Part shown: in pieces, positions 11,501 to 25,244 of the stretch
How the letters are laid out: each line of letters begins with the position of its first letter
Position numbering within the stretch: position 1 is the first letter of the stretch
Assembly (NCBI RefSeq): GCF_964204645.1
Contig: NC_134034.1
Location: 13,901,062-13,965,061 of the forward strand
Origin: Tubulanus polymorphus
Lineage: Eukaryota > Animalia > Nemertea
DNA length: 64,000 nucleotides
Direction of reading: 5' to 3'
Made by a program: the position numbers and the translations under genes
Notes under the pieces: generated by a model
Told to the model about the DNA's origin: nothing
The model's input: the letters and a program-made list of their open reading frames with translations, nothing else
Databases searched by the model: none

Positions 11501-14500
11501 CATTAATTCTCCCTAGGCAGAATTTGAGACTAATCGCAGAAAAATGTGTTTTTCTTTTCTGTGGCAGAGGAAGCAAAGGAAGATGACGTAAACTATGACC
11601 ATGAACCAGCTGAGGTGTTAGAGGAAGATGATGTCATCGTTCTGACAAAAGATAATTTCGACGAAGTTGTCGCCAAAAACAAAATACTTCTCGTTGAATT
11701 TTATGCTCCGTGGTAGGTATTTTATTCCCTCAATTTTCCCCCCTGTAACAATTCGGTCGGATGAAGATGGTGTTAATAGAAAGCTCCTTACCGCGCAGAT
11801 TAACCAGATCCAGGGTGAGATCGTGGTTGTCTGATAGGTCTTTATTTTTGTTTCTAGGTGTGGTCACTGTAAGTCTTTGAAGCCGGAATACGCGAAAGCC
11901 GCTGAAGAATTGAAGAAAAATGATCCACCCGTTCGTCTAGGAATGGTTGATGCTACGGTTCACTCTGAACTGGCATCGAAGTAAGTATAGATCATTCAAA
12001 TCTTTCTTCAAACGAGATTTGTTTTTTTTTTTTTAGATATTCGCGAAGAAATCTCGACTCTTCTCGCTCAATATACTTTGGGAACATCCGAGTTTGAATT
12101 CATTCGACTTCGGACTTTATCCTTTCCCTGAAATTTGTTCGGGATCAACGAATATGTTCAAACCTAAACTTTATGATTTGTAAACAGGTTCGAGGTCAGT
12201 GGTTACCCGACATTGAAATTATACAAGGACGGCAAATGGTTGGATTACGACGGACCTCGAGATAAAGATGGCATCGTAAAATACATGAAAGAACGCGCCG
12301 ATCCGAACTGGAAACCTCCTCCTGATGCAGTCGTTGAATTGACTAAAGAAACATTTAAAGATTTCATCAATAACAACGAACTATCGTTAGTGGAATTCTA
12401 TGCTCCTTGGTGAGTAGCACTGTCATCAGTTCAATTCACTTCAACACATCATATAATAGTCATGTTTTCACTCTTGTATCAATAAGGGTTAGGGTTAGGG
12501 TTAGAATTATGGTCAGCTCTGAGAATATCCGAATTAAGACATCCGGTGACTTTGGATGTCATCGCGGAAACTTTGTTTCGTTCGGCTTCAGTCTATGAAA
12601 TATTCAATAGGAGACTAGAATATCTGAAATCCCTTTCTTAAATGGGGCTAAGGGTCTATTTAGTTTCAGTGTCGATGTAGGATGTTTTTGTGATTCATGA
12701 TATTTAGTTTCTGGTTATTCTAGGTGCGGTCATTGTAAACGACTCGCTCCTGTTTATGAAAAAGCTGCACAGAAACTGAAAACGAACGACCCTCCGATTC
12801 CGCTGGCTAAACTGGACGCGTCGAGCGAGTCCGAGATAGGTAGCGAATACGGAGTTTCCGGTTACCCGACGTTAAAAGTATTCCGAAAGGGTAAACCTTT
12901 CGATTATAAAGGAGAGCGCGATGAATACGGTAAGTTAAATACCGGTAATCTGCTGCCTGCACATTCAATTGTTTGTACAATCTGTGTAACTGGATCCAGA
13001 TAACTCCAGGGGCCGGTTGCATAGTCATGGCTTAGACTTAAGACCAGTCTAAGACCAACTAAGTTCTATAGGCAATCTAACAACATAAGACCAGTCTCAA
13101 GATTTAAGACCACTCTTGGACTTAAGTCACGACTGTGCAACTGGCCCCGGGTCTTATCTGACTCCCTCTCCACTGAATGTCCTCTGAACACTTTGCCCAC
13201 CTCTGTTCTCTTCACCGTTACCGATGGAAAATTCACGATATTGTTTGTAATTTCAGGTATTTACGACTACATGAAGAAACAGGTTGGAGACGCCTCATTG
13301 GAGGTGACTAGCGTGAAAGAGATCAAATCTAAATCACCGGAAGACGACATTTTGGTCATTGGATTCTTCGAGGAAAAATCATCAACTTTATACGAAATCT
13401 TTCAAAATGCAGGTACATACAGTGTCCACACTGCCTCTATAACTCTTCAAGTTCCGATGTACAGTATAATTTTGTTAAATATCAATCAAATGCTATATTT
13501 TCAGTCAGTTTTTCCAGTATCGGGTATTTAGAAATTGTTTTTAAATTTTCAGCCAATACTTTGAGGGATGACGTTATTTGTTTGCACACATTCTCCGCAG
13601 CAGTAAGGGCTACGTTTAATGTTAAACCGGGTTCAATCGCTGTCATTCCGGCAAATAGATTCCATACTAAACATGAAAAAACTCAATACGTTTTAAATAA
13701 GGTAATCTTACTACAGCTCCGCATTAGTTACGAGTTCAAAACTTGACTTTTCACCTGGAGACATTAAGGTTACGTTGATAATGGATATATATAGAGTATT
13801 TCTACAAGTAAATTCCGATGTTCCAGGCAAGAAACAACAAGAGGGGGGTCGTGGGGTGTGGGGCTGTAATGTGTGGTAGGGAGAGGGTTTTATCATTTTT
13901 TGCGTACGTACTAATGGAATTATTCCTACGCGAGCCACAGTTAGACTTTTAGCCTTAGAATATAAAATAAATTGAGCAGTAAAGATCGACTAACTAAACC
14001 TCACTGGTTGATCCTCACTTACCACTGTAGACCGTTTCTGTTTCAGGCTGATGTCACGATGGACGATATCGTGAAATTTATCCGTGATCATCAGACTCCG
14101 CTCATCGGTCAACTAACCGATCAGAATATGGAGAAACGCTACATGTCTCGACCGCTGTGCCTCTTGTTTTACACGGTTGATTTCAGTTTCTCTCATAGAG
14201 ATGGTAAGTGTTAGTATGGGTTACTTCATAGACATCATCAATGGGTTGAGATCGCTAGAAAGTTTGAATATCGAAAGGCTGGCGGTCTCGTAGGCAAACC
14301 GGTACAGCGTAGATATAACGTCTCGTATTGACGCGTCTGGTTTAAAGCTGAATTCAATCGCATTCTATTCTCAATTTAAAGACAATCAAGAGAATTTTAG
14401 ACACTCGAGTCAGTCGCGTGCGAATATTTGCCACTTTCAGTTCTCTTACGTAGCTTAATACTTGAAAATGGAAGTTAATTTCATAAGGTGTTTAGGATCT

Positions 14501-15643
14501 CTGGCTATCTGCTATACCGGGGTATATAATTCTTTAATAAAATAACTCTTCTTTTTCCAGCCACTCAAATGTGGAGAAAAAAGTTTGCCGACATCGCCAA
14601 GGATTACCCGAAAATCACCTTCGCCATTGCCGATGAAGATGGCCAGTCAAAATTGTTCAAAGATCTCAAACTGGACGAGAGTGGCGAGGAGTTAAACGTC
14701 GGCTGTTTGGGGAATAAGGATAAGAAATTCCCGATGGAACCGATGGAAGAATACGACTCTGATCATATACGAGAATTCCTTACTGACTTTCAGAAAGGTA
14801 TTGTTTTAGTTAAAGTAAAAAAAGTTGAGGTTGATGCCGCAATTAAAATTTAGACTGGTGGAATTTTAGAAGACCATGTTCCTAAGTCAAGGATATGTTC
14901 TAAGTTGTATAACTGGAGACATTTATACCTGATAGTGGTCAAAATTTTTGCCATGGCTTATAGAGTTTTGATTCATCGGTGGACATGGATCTAAAATAGT
15001 AGCTATCTTTTCAAAATGGGGTCTCATAGCATGTCATAATTTAAATGGACTGAGGCAGCCATCTTTTCTGGAAGGGTCTTTAGATCGACATAATTCTGTC
15101 ATCAGGGGATTCTGGGCGGATCTGTTAAGCTATATTTCAAAGTCATCTCCATCCTTTTAATCGTTTGAGTGAATGATTTTCATTCAAAATTTTGGGGAAA
15201 AAATTCAAATTTTTGTGTTTTTTTTTATAGGAAAATTAAAAGCGATTGTGAAATCGCAGCCGATTCCGAAGAAGCAGACGGGTCCGGTCGTTACGATCGT
15301 CGGTAAATCTTTCAATAAGATCGTCCTCGATCAATCGAAGGACGTACTGGTCGAGTTCTACGCTCCGTGGTGCGGACATTGTAAGAGTTTCGAACCGACA
15401 TATAAAAAACTCGCGAAAAAGCTATCCGGCTCCGAGCCAAATCTCGTGCTCGCGAAAATAGACGGCACCGCAAACGACGCGCCGTCCGAATTTGAGGTCA
15501 CCGGATTCCCGACGATTTATTTCGTGCCGGCCGCTGAAACAAAACCGGTGAAATACGAGGGAAACCGCGACTCGGACGATCTCGTAGAATTCATGAAAAA
15601 ACACGCGACTGCTTCGTTTAAGAAGTCAAAAGATGAATTGTAG
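8567..15643 (+). CDS. PDIA4: Protein disulfide-isomerase A4 (ERp72). Candidate first exons 8567-8651 or 9080-9170 (+ optional 9608-9694); then 11568-11712, 11858-11980, 12188-12409, 12724-12929, 13257-13412, 13553-13701, 14047-14203, 14561-14797, 15231-15643
   Basis: Three [12 protein letters not shown] thioredoxin active sites (a0, a, a'), acidic N-terminal segment, C-terminal KDEL, signal-peptide-like first exons; all phases consistent. Confidence 0.96.
13009..13148. mobile_element. PIF/Harbinger-like MITE in a PDIA4 intron (reverse copy of 1125-1268)
   Basis: GGGGCCGGTTGCA...TGCAACTGGCCCC terminal inverted repeats. Confidence 0.78.
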
Positions 15644-17516
15644 ACATTCTTCACGTTTTTATAGATCGAGGAATTCAGTAAACCTCACTCAATCTATGCA
15701 CCCCGTGTATGAATGAACTATTCCGTTAAATCAAGATTTCTTATGGATTTTATATTGGTCGCAACAATCCGGATTAAGTGAGGTCTATTGCAGAAACTTG
15801 CAAAGAATCTTACAAAAGATGGGTTTAATGATTTGCTAGATACGTCTTTAAAAGGCAGCTTAGCCTGGAGTTGATTTCAAAGGATAAATCCACTGTTTAT
15901 TCAGTTTGATATAAGCGGTTAATCCCTTCATTAAACCTAGCCCAGTCTCATGACTAAAGTAAAGCTTAAAACAGGCATAACTTTGTATTAGGCGATCTAA
16001 TTCTTTTTTCGTTTATATCTAGTTATCTAGCAAATCATTAAACTGATTTTTGAGCTTCATTTGAAACCAGGTCATAAACTAAGAAAATAATAATTCCATA
16101 TTTCAAAGAAATAATTGTTTTCTGTATCCGTACTTTAACATTCATGAATCATAATCATCTTGACAACAAACTGTGATTTTACATCTGCCGTTACAAACAA
16201 GAATGGAGCCGAATCCAATGTGACAATTTATTGATGATGATTATTGAAGAAGAATTTATGAAAGGTCACACGTATAATTGGGCAGAATGACGTTTGAGTT
16301 GAGGCTCCAAGCGTGGTCTATATAACTATATCATGATCACAGTGTTTTAGAACTGAGTGTAGGTATTTGGCCACTTTGGTAGCCACTTCATTTGGCCACT
16401 ATTTCTTTTGTTGTCACAAAAAACTGGGCAGGTTTCTCAGAAAAGATTAGTTAGAATTTAATCTTATCCAAGAAAACTAAAAGTACCAGTAATGTGTAAG
16501 AATTCATTCATCTTAGAATTCCTTCTCGCAAAATTGGGCATCCAGAACCAGAACTGCTTCAAAGACTTTGAAAGAAATGTACTTCTATTCTGTGCTACTA
16601 ATCATCTGTTTACGGTTCCGTACGGGACCGAGTGCTTAGACATCGAAAATTAACGGTTTTGGGTTTCCTTCTTTCCTAATCGAATCATATCAATGTTTCG
16701 GGGGTCTTTTATATAATATATAATATTTTTCAAAAGAAAATGATACATACTTGATGTGCGTATTTGTTTGTACGTAAGCTCTATGTAACTCTTTAAAAAG
16801 TCTGACTTGAAATAAAAATCTGTTTCTTTTTATTATAGATTAAGACTTCAATCTTTTTCATTCGTGCTTCTGTCTGCTTGCCGGTAGTTTGGATATGTCC
16901 TGTGTGTCAAAATTCATTTCAACGAATTCATCATTTGTACCCAGTACTTAGGAATTACATTGTAAAAGGCGACAATTGATCATTCGCTAAAGGCAGGTAG
17001 ATGTAAACTGTTAAAATCAGAACATCTCTAGAAAGGAGTTAACTTTTGGAGACCAGTCAATCAGTGCTTTTTGTGGCCATCTCATTGATATTTTTTCTTT
17101 GAATTCAATACCTCGAAATTTCATTTACCATGTGTGTTCCAGTGGGACAGTTTGGGCAATTTTGACTCGACCTCTGTTTTTCCTAATTGAAATTAGATGA
17201 GGATAGCAGTGACCGTCCCCCTTCCATAATTAAAAGTCACACGAGGACCCCGGAAGTGATTTGACAAAATTTAGCTATTTGAAAAATGTATATCTCATAA
17301 GCAGATAAGGACGAAAAAACTAAATCAACCAAAACGCGCATAAATTAACGTTTCATTAGAGTAATCCAGTGATGTCTATAACGGCGTTTCAGTACGCCGC
17401 GTCGTACATCATCGTTGTCTATAACGGCGCTGTGTCCTCCGCGGCCGGTGTCTAATACTGAAATCGCATTTCGCGAATCAATTTGTGGTCGCCGATCTAT
17501 CATCGTTTTTATCGAA

Positions 17517-20500
17517 ATGGAAGAGGAAGAAAACGAGGAAACACTCGACCCAAGAGTGAAGGTTAGTGAATGTAAAATTCGTCAGTCTTTGAAAAGAGTT
17601 TTGACGCGTGGGGAATTTATTTGACGTCACAAAAAGGAAAAATTCGTAGTGACGTCGGACTACACAAGACTTTGACAAGATAGTCAGTAACCTGTCTGTG
17701 GTTTAGTTTCACAATCGGATATTTTCACAAACCACAGTCAGGAATGGGAAGGTCATTTTTGTATGAAATCTTCGTCAGCCAATTTGACTGACGAGTAATT
17801 TGCCTGGCATTTCATTGTCTCTTAAGATATCCGTCTAATTTTTGTTGTAATCGACGCACAACAGATTCGTAGTTTGTCTGATACCTATAACACCTCACCT
17901 GACGATCTTAATCCATGTGCAAATCGGCCGTAAAGTGAGAGTAAATTTCCGTAGAGTGAACAGCTGCCATTTTGAAAATTACTGGAGGTGCTGGCACCTG
18001 TGGACTGAGGCCAGGACAACAGCACAAACTAACAAAGCGAAACGACGAAATTGAAAAATATTAAGAAATCAACACTTATTCACATTTTTCTTTTACCAGA
18101 ATTTATTATTTAAATATTAATTAAGGAAAACACGAAGATTTGAAATATAGGTTGGAAAACCATCAAAAATAAAAATTGTCGTTTCGTCTTGGAAGTTTTA
18201 TATAAATCCTTGTAGGTCCCCTTGTCTTATCATGCCACATGTGCAATACAGAGAAATGGCGGCCAATGGCGAAATTTGTGGAGAAATTAATTAATTTCTC
18301 AAAATAATGTTGATTAATCACTCGAAACATGCATAAAATTGGATTATTTCGAAAGGTACCTGTGTAAGTTTGTGAAATAAGCCATTAATTGTGGACTGAA
18401 GTGGATAGAAAGTATATTTTTGAAGTGTTACTTTTTTCAACCGTGTTTTGGCCCTTGTCATCCCTAACGTTGGTATAAGCCCATCCGATTATAAAAGCTT
18501 ACCACCAACGATTAGGTAACTAACTATTGACAAGACTGACTAAAAAACTGAGTCAGTCACTGTCGACGACCAAGTCAGTATAACAGCAACTGAAGTCTGG
18601 TTTATTTACTGACTAGATGATAAGTTTTGAAGTGTTAATATTTCAGCTGCAATAGTTTGTTTTTAAACGACTTGTTATTCTACATTTCAGGACGAGTTGG
18701 AAGTTCTGAATCATGCTTCAATAGAAATCAATCATCTTGAATTAGAACTTGATGTGAGTTTTTAAATCATATTTGCTTATCGGTTGAAATTTGACCAGTC
18801 GAGGAACAATGGCTGAATCAATATAATTCTCCCATATTGAATCATCTAATTGTCGAATCGAATTTCTGGAAGGATCTTTCTTCACGAGATCAACTGGATA
18901 ATTTGATCATTAGATCGGCTCAACTCATTGCTAGATGTAGCGAATTTAAATGCTATTGTTACCAGGTGATCAGAAATGTCGAGATTTAAGGCCTATTGGA
19001 ACAGCCAAGTTTTCTGGAAGTTCAATAGATGATTCGATGATGTCATAGGGGGATTTAAAGAAACGTACATCTTTTTTCTCTGTTACAATTCATGATATAA
19101 GGTGTTTATGAATGATTTTGTAGGAGGCGCGCTCCGGCTTTCGGCAAGTTCTCACTGAGGCGACTCAGAAACTAAACAATCTCGCCAGCAAACTGGGTTC
19201 ATGTATCGATAAAGCTCGCCCTTATTACGAGGCTCGCATCAAAGCTAAAGAGGTAGGTTCATTCGCGGAGCAAATCCTTCTATCTGAATATTCTGAATGT
19301 TTACAGTCAATCTATGCATAAATGTATATACAGGGTTTTAATAATGGTCTCAAAAGACGCGGATAAAGTAAGTTCTACTGTACGCCTAGCACATATGAAT
19401 ATTGATTGGTTTTTAGGCTCAGAGTGAAACTCAGAAAGCAGCTCTTCGATTTGAACGGTCGTGTAGTATGCAAACTGCTGCTAAAGAGATGGTTAATTTA
19501 GCCGAACAAGGATTCCTTCGTAAAGGACAACCCTTCGATCCGGCCTGGCAGGAAATGTTAAACCACGCAACTATGAAGGTCAGTCAGTTGAATTTTACAC
19601 GGTAATCACACCCACTTGTTTCAACTGATTTATAGGTTTTCCTGAACACAAATATTATCAGACCAGCCTCTGAAAAGTACTGCTAGGTACTTGTAACTCT
19701 TGTAGGTCGTCATGGTAGCGTTTTCATTTAGTAAATAGAAATGAACACATCCTCCCCTATACTGTAGTAGCAAGCATTGTCAGTTCTCCTATTGTTACTG
19801 AAATCAGAAAAAAATACTATTTCTTACAATTCTATATTCAGGTAAATGAAGCAGAAATTGAGCGCATAGACAGCGAACTGGAACATCAGAGAACGGCGAC
19901 ACTTTTTAATAACGCTGAGCAGAATGTGAAACACTTACACAAAGAGTTAAAACGCTCCATTCAAAAATCAAGGTTCGTTCGTCGTGTTAGTTAGTAATAT
20001 AAAGTGGATCATTGCTTTGATTAGATCATCTTAACTCGCACTTTACTAAGCCTGGATTACTAGGATACTGGGGTTCAGAATATAGGCAAGGTCTTTCAAC
20101 TGGTCAAAATTAAAGTCACTTCACTTGGTTGTATGTATATGATAACACTATTCACCTTTCATTGTTAAACGTTTGTTCACTTCGTTAATTCATCATATTC
20201 AGATGCACATTAGAATAGCGACACTCAATAATTCACACTCACATTAATACACAAACAGTAAGGACTAGAAGTAACCAACTAACTCTCGTTATATGTCCGG
20301 TTTACTAGAGAACGCGATAGGATTGTGTGTATCTAACCCTAGTTTTCAAGGCATGTCCAATCATTAGCCGGGTGTGGATTAGATTCTATGTTTATCCAAG
20401 AAATGTATCGTGTTTCCTCATGACCTTGACGAGTATCGACCGCATTCTGAACTAATCAGATCTCAATCTGAACTAAGTTACTTCTAGGCTGTAGCCACCA

Positions 20501-22800
20501 TATGTATCATCAAATACGATTCTTGAAGAAATGAACTCTGGAACATCATATCTGCTACACAGAATTGATATTTAATGAATGACCCCCGAACGTGAAATTG
20601 ATTTGAAAGTGGCACATTTTAAATCGTTTAATATGCGGGTATTGGTCGAGGTGTATAGAACTACCTCGTAGTGAAATGAAATAAATACTTAGTAAACGCG
20701 TTGGTGCCTTGTGCGTTTGATTTGCTTATGTTGTTTTTCTCTTTTTATTTTATTATTTTCGTGCTATCTGCCGACGGATTTTTTAGCCTGTCGATACGCT
20801 GCAGCTTGTTGCAGTTAGGTAATTTAACCTATCGGCATCAATTAGAACTATTGTAAGTATTCCATGATCGGGATTAATTCGGGTCTCTTGGAACCGGTTT
20901 AATCCAGTGGGTTCAGTCAAACCTGCTTAATCCGTTATGAAATTCCTGTTTAGATGTTTATTGGACTCTTAACAAAGGTTGAAGATTGGAAATGAATAAA
21001 TTTCAACTGGGACTATTCTACAGGTCAGATGATAATCCGGATTAAGCAGTTTTATCTATATTCGCATCAATCGCATGAGGGATTAAGCAACTACTTAGTG
21101 ATTGAATTTTATCAATTCATTTTTTTGTAAATTTTGTTGTTGGTCCGTGAAGCACTCGAGACAAACGCAGATATGATGGTCGAGATTTTTTTCTTGTTGA
21201 TTGAACTTTTAGAATTTTTTTCTCACTTCCTCCTTCAGACTCGAATTTTCTGACTTAGGGTTTTTGTAATAGATTCAGTTTTTGGAAATCCAAAATTTCA
21301 AATTAGGTTATGAAATATTGCGATGAGGACGATATCTGAAAAATAAAGCTTTTTATGCTGAAATTTGGTTCTTCCAACCGAGCACTTTGTATTGTTTTAT
21401 GTTTGATGTTTTGCACTCAGATATTATCGATGCATCAGGTTGGGTATGAAGAATTTGTCGACAGTAAAATTGTTTCAAACTTTTTTCCCTTTTTTGACCT
21501 TTCCCCGACCCAGTGGTTGACTCGGTAGAATTAACCGGGGAAAGGTCAAACTCACAACTGTGAAACCAGATCCTGTATACAATTGATATCCATTTTTTTC
21601 ATCAATCTTTTCAGACCTTACTTCGAGGCGAAATCAAACTTTAACCAAATCATGGAGGTACGTCTGATTTGTGAAACAAAATCAAATATTTATTTTTTGT
21701 TCAAATTTTATGTGAGATTTTTGAATTTAACTTTTTAGCAACAAAAACAGAACGTTGAACGACTGGAAACACAAGTAACGAAGGCGAAAAAATCATACGC
21801 AAGCGCTTTACATACACTCGAGTCGATCAGCGACGAGATCCACCGTCAACGCTCGGAGAGTCAAACACGTCGAGAACTCGGGCAGCGTAGTTCCGGGGTC
21901 GGATGCGACGCGCCGGCGCCACCACCCGCGTCCGAGTCACCGCGATCTCCGGCAAGTCGGAACCGAGCGAACGCGATGCAGAGCGAATCGACGCAGACCG
22001 AGAGCAGCGACGAAGAGATCTCCGCGCGACCTAAACGTTTATCATTGAATACTGGGGTCGTCGACCCGACCTTGACCATCGATCCGACCTTGCGCGTCAA
22101 TCAACGAGATTTAGATCTGGAAACCGAGGAGTATCACTATTTACCGGATCAGACAAACCGACGATGTTTAATGAAAACGTCGAAGAGCGAGAGTAATTTA
22201 GATTCGAACCGAGCGATGGTTTTATCCGGCGCCGCCGTTTCATATATTTCTCTTTACGACGATAAAAAGTGGAAAAACGTTTTGAAAGATTATAAAACTT
22301 TGCCGAACACGTATTGTGTAAATCGAGGGGACACTCCGACACGCGATGGCGGAGTGAAATTAATCTCACACGGTGGCGACACCGTACAGTCGGCCGATGA
22401 TTGGAGCTCGCATTTAACTAGAACCACAGCCACTCAGATGACTAGTCCAGACGATTCATCGGTGACTAGTCCGCGAGATAGCGTCGACGACACGGAATTC
22501 TCAGATTCGGAATCCGTCTGCAGCAGTCAACCGGTGCTCGACGACGAACAATTAAATCATCTGATGCTCGAACCGAGGATCGCGTCACCTAGCGACCACG
22601 GCGTCGGAGCAGACGCGGTATCGAAGAACGTCGTCGATGAACGCTGGAAGAAGGGAATGACGCTTCCGGCTAAATTACGTCATTTAGAGTCGTATTTAGA
22701 GAAGTATCAGACTGAATGGGCGGTCGATAAAATCGACGATTTCTCGACCGGGCGTCGACATTCTCAACAAGCGGACGGAGGAAATAACAGCGACTCATAA
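17517..22800 (+). CDS. SH3BP5L: SH3BP5-family (SH3BP5L/parcas-like Rab11 GEF) protein. Exons 17517-17561, 18691-18753, 19124-19252, 19417-19578, 19842-19972, [cassette 20787-20852], 21615-21657, 21739-22800
   Basis: Motifs LDPRVKDELEVLN, LGSCIDKARPYYEAR, ETQKAALRFER, DPAWQEMLNHATMKVNEAE, KSRPYFEAK and LESISDEIH match the SH3BP5 coiled-coil domain and look closer to SH3BP5L; long low-complexity C-terminal tail. Confidence 0.92.
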
Positions 22801-24257
22801 ACTGCTCGTCCACACTTCACACTACGATGGTGGATATATCAGAGAGCAGATTGAATAATGCAATTCGTATCCAAAATAAACCTGATTAATCCAGATTTCT
22901 GTCAGAGTGAAATCAATCATGTCAAATCGTGATTAGTTTCATGTAGGGTTTTTTGTGTGTAGAGTTGTTGGGGCCAAAACTATGTAAAACTTCTTTCCAA
23001 CTTTTCATTACATTTAAATTGAGTTGTCAGATTGTCAAACAAATAACCATTGTGGGAGTGATGGTGAATACTTCTATTAAATGAAATTAATTCAGTTGAG
23101 CTATTTACCGAACTGAATGGATTTATACTCATTCTGATCTGTGAAGAAGATTGTTGAATAAATGTTAGATTTGTATTTGATTTGTATTAGATTCACGTAT
23201 ATGTTTAACCCTTGTATTGCCAGATGCTATTACAAAACTGTTATCAGGGCCGTACATTGCGGGCAGCTGAGAGATACCCCGATAAAGGGCAGTTCTATAG
23301 AATATAACAATAATATATGCATAAATGTGATCACCCAGTCCTGTGGTACATCAGACACTAAGGTTCTTGGGGGAAAAACAAAAAGGACACTTTCCAAAAT
23401 GTCTGAGAAAATGCCTAACCCTAGCCCTAACCAAAATGTCTGAGCAACTGTCCCCCAATCCCCCTCCCTCCCTGCAAGGTACAGCCCACAATATTTAAAA
23501 AAGTTTCAAAAACAAGGGGTTCTATGGAGTTGATGGATAATTCCCAACCCCCTTGTTCACCTGGGAGTTCTAGCCACTTTTAAATGATTAATATCATGGT
23601 TCATCATCCGTTTCTACTAACCAGGTGCTCGGGTTTTACATAGAGCCAACATAGTGTTATTTAATTGTCTCAGAATTATCAGTTTATTATCGCACAGATC
23701 GATGACAAACATCTTATTTGTCAAAGTTACATGGAATAAATACTTGTTATAATTCTGTTAAATTTTGGTTTGAGTTTAATATCATCAATGGAATGGATGA
23801 ATTATTATTATATGTTTTGTTATACGTAGGTTGAAAATGTAAAATGTTGAATTATTGATGTGTCGAGCTTAGGAGGAGAAAGAATTAGTTGTAAAGAGGA
23901 TTTTAAGAATAAATTAACATGGAAAAATAATTTGATTCTTCTTGTGATCATCATTTATGGAAGTGTCTTGGTTTTAGCCTCTATAATCGGACCTGCGCTG
24001 ACTCAGTTACCGGAGAAACTCGGTTCATTTTCTTAGTGAATCTGGCGGGGCGCATTGCAGGATTTTCGGACTGCGGGGCCGTCATTTTTGAGCCATTTGA
24101 CGACGAAGAACCGATATAGTATCGGCGGGGTCGAATTCAGAGAATTATTTGTTCAAATCGAAGTGCATTATTGATAATTTCGGTTCCGGTTCATTCAGTT
24201 TTGCAACCAATCTGAACCGGGTTGGTCTCGAGAACGGATTGTATGAACTGAAAACTT

Positions 24258-25244
24258 TTAACAACGGCAAAGTTCTTTGACGGCCTTTCTGAATTCGGCA
24301 CCGATCAAATAAAGATAGAAATTTATCGAGAAATTAATATTCATTGTAAGCAAAGCCAGTTCGTGAATCAGGGTCATTTTCGGGGTGACGCGACCGATCG
24401 ATAGTCCCATCCAGAACGTGATAACCGATAAAGGCAGATTCACCAACACAAATGTCGACGTCACGATAAAAAGCATTTTCGTCACTCGGGTGTTTCCGCC
24501 CTTGTCTCCGGACATTTTCGAAGTTTGCAACACGACGTAGATGACGACATTGCAGACGATTACCGTAGCAACGGGAAGATAGAGAGAGAATACAGTGGCT
24601 ACCTGATAGTGGTAGCCGATATCAATGATCGTACTCAAATAACATTCATCACCACCTGCCCAATACTCGACACCGAGAAATACGTAAAAAGTCGACGCGA
24701 ATATGACGATCGTTGACGAGCTAGCGACGATCAGCGTCGTGCCGCGTTTACTGATCGTTCGAGCGAAAAAAGGGAAAACTACGATGATCGTTCTTTCGAC
24801 GCTGATGACGGCGATTAGTGAAGCGCTGAGAGTTAGAAACGAGTGTAAGATATACTCGACGAATTTACAACCGAAACGACTGGTGAACGTGATCACTGGC
24901 GTCGGGAAATCACTGGCGCCAATTACGAAAAATATACGATTGGTCGTGATCATGATACTGCCACAGAGGGCGCTAGTATCGGATACGGCCAGAAATAAGA
25001 GGTAGATACTGTATGAATGTTTGCGCATCGAGGTGCGCAGCATGACGACGAACGACAGGGCGTTACCGACCAGCCCGAAAACCACAGTCACCGAGAAAAC
25101 CGATATGCAAACGAACTGCGCCCAGCGCGGGATAATCTTGCGAGAACGTAGCGTGATCATGTTTGACCAGAATTCGAGGTGTTGGTAGTCGGGAGGGGGA
25201 TGGTTAGTGGACGAGTTAACTGACCGGTACGTCGTAGCAACCAT
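24258..25244 (-). CDS. Intronless class A (rhodopsin-like) GPCR, peptide/FMRFamide-receptor-like orphan, 328 aa
   Basis: Seven hydrophobic segments; GLVGNALSFVVM (TM1), LAVSD (TM2), GCK...SVERT (TM3), NLP (TM6), NFSINFYLY (TM7). Confidence 0.9.
   Translation of the reverse strand: MVATTYRSVNSSTNHPPPDYQHLEFWSNMITLRSRKIIPRWAQFVCISVFSVTVVFGLVGNALSFVVMLRTSMRKHSYSIYLLFLAVSDTSALCGSIMITTNRIFFVIGASDFPTPVITFTSRFGCKFVEYILHSFLTLSASLIAVISVERTIIVVFPFFARTISKRGTTLIVASSSTIVIFASTFYVFLGVEYWAGGDECYLSTIIDIGYHYQVATVFSLYLPVATVIVCNVVIYVVLQTSKMSGDKGGNTRVTKMLFIVTSTFVLVNLPLSVITFWMGLSIGRVTPKMTLIHELALLTMNINFSINFYLYLIGAEFRKAVKELCRC

Noticed and set aside
12485-12503. Telomeric (TTAGGG)3 (also ~23414-23432)
   Set aside because: Too short and internal to an intron or small repeat; not evidence of a chromosome end or fusion.
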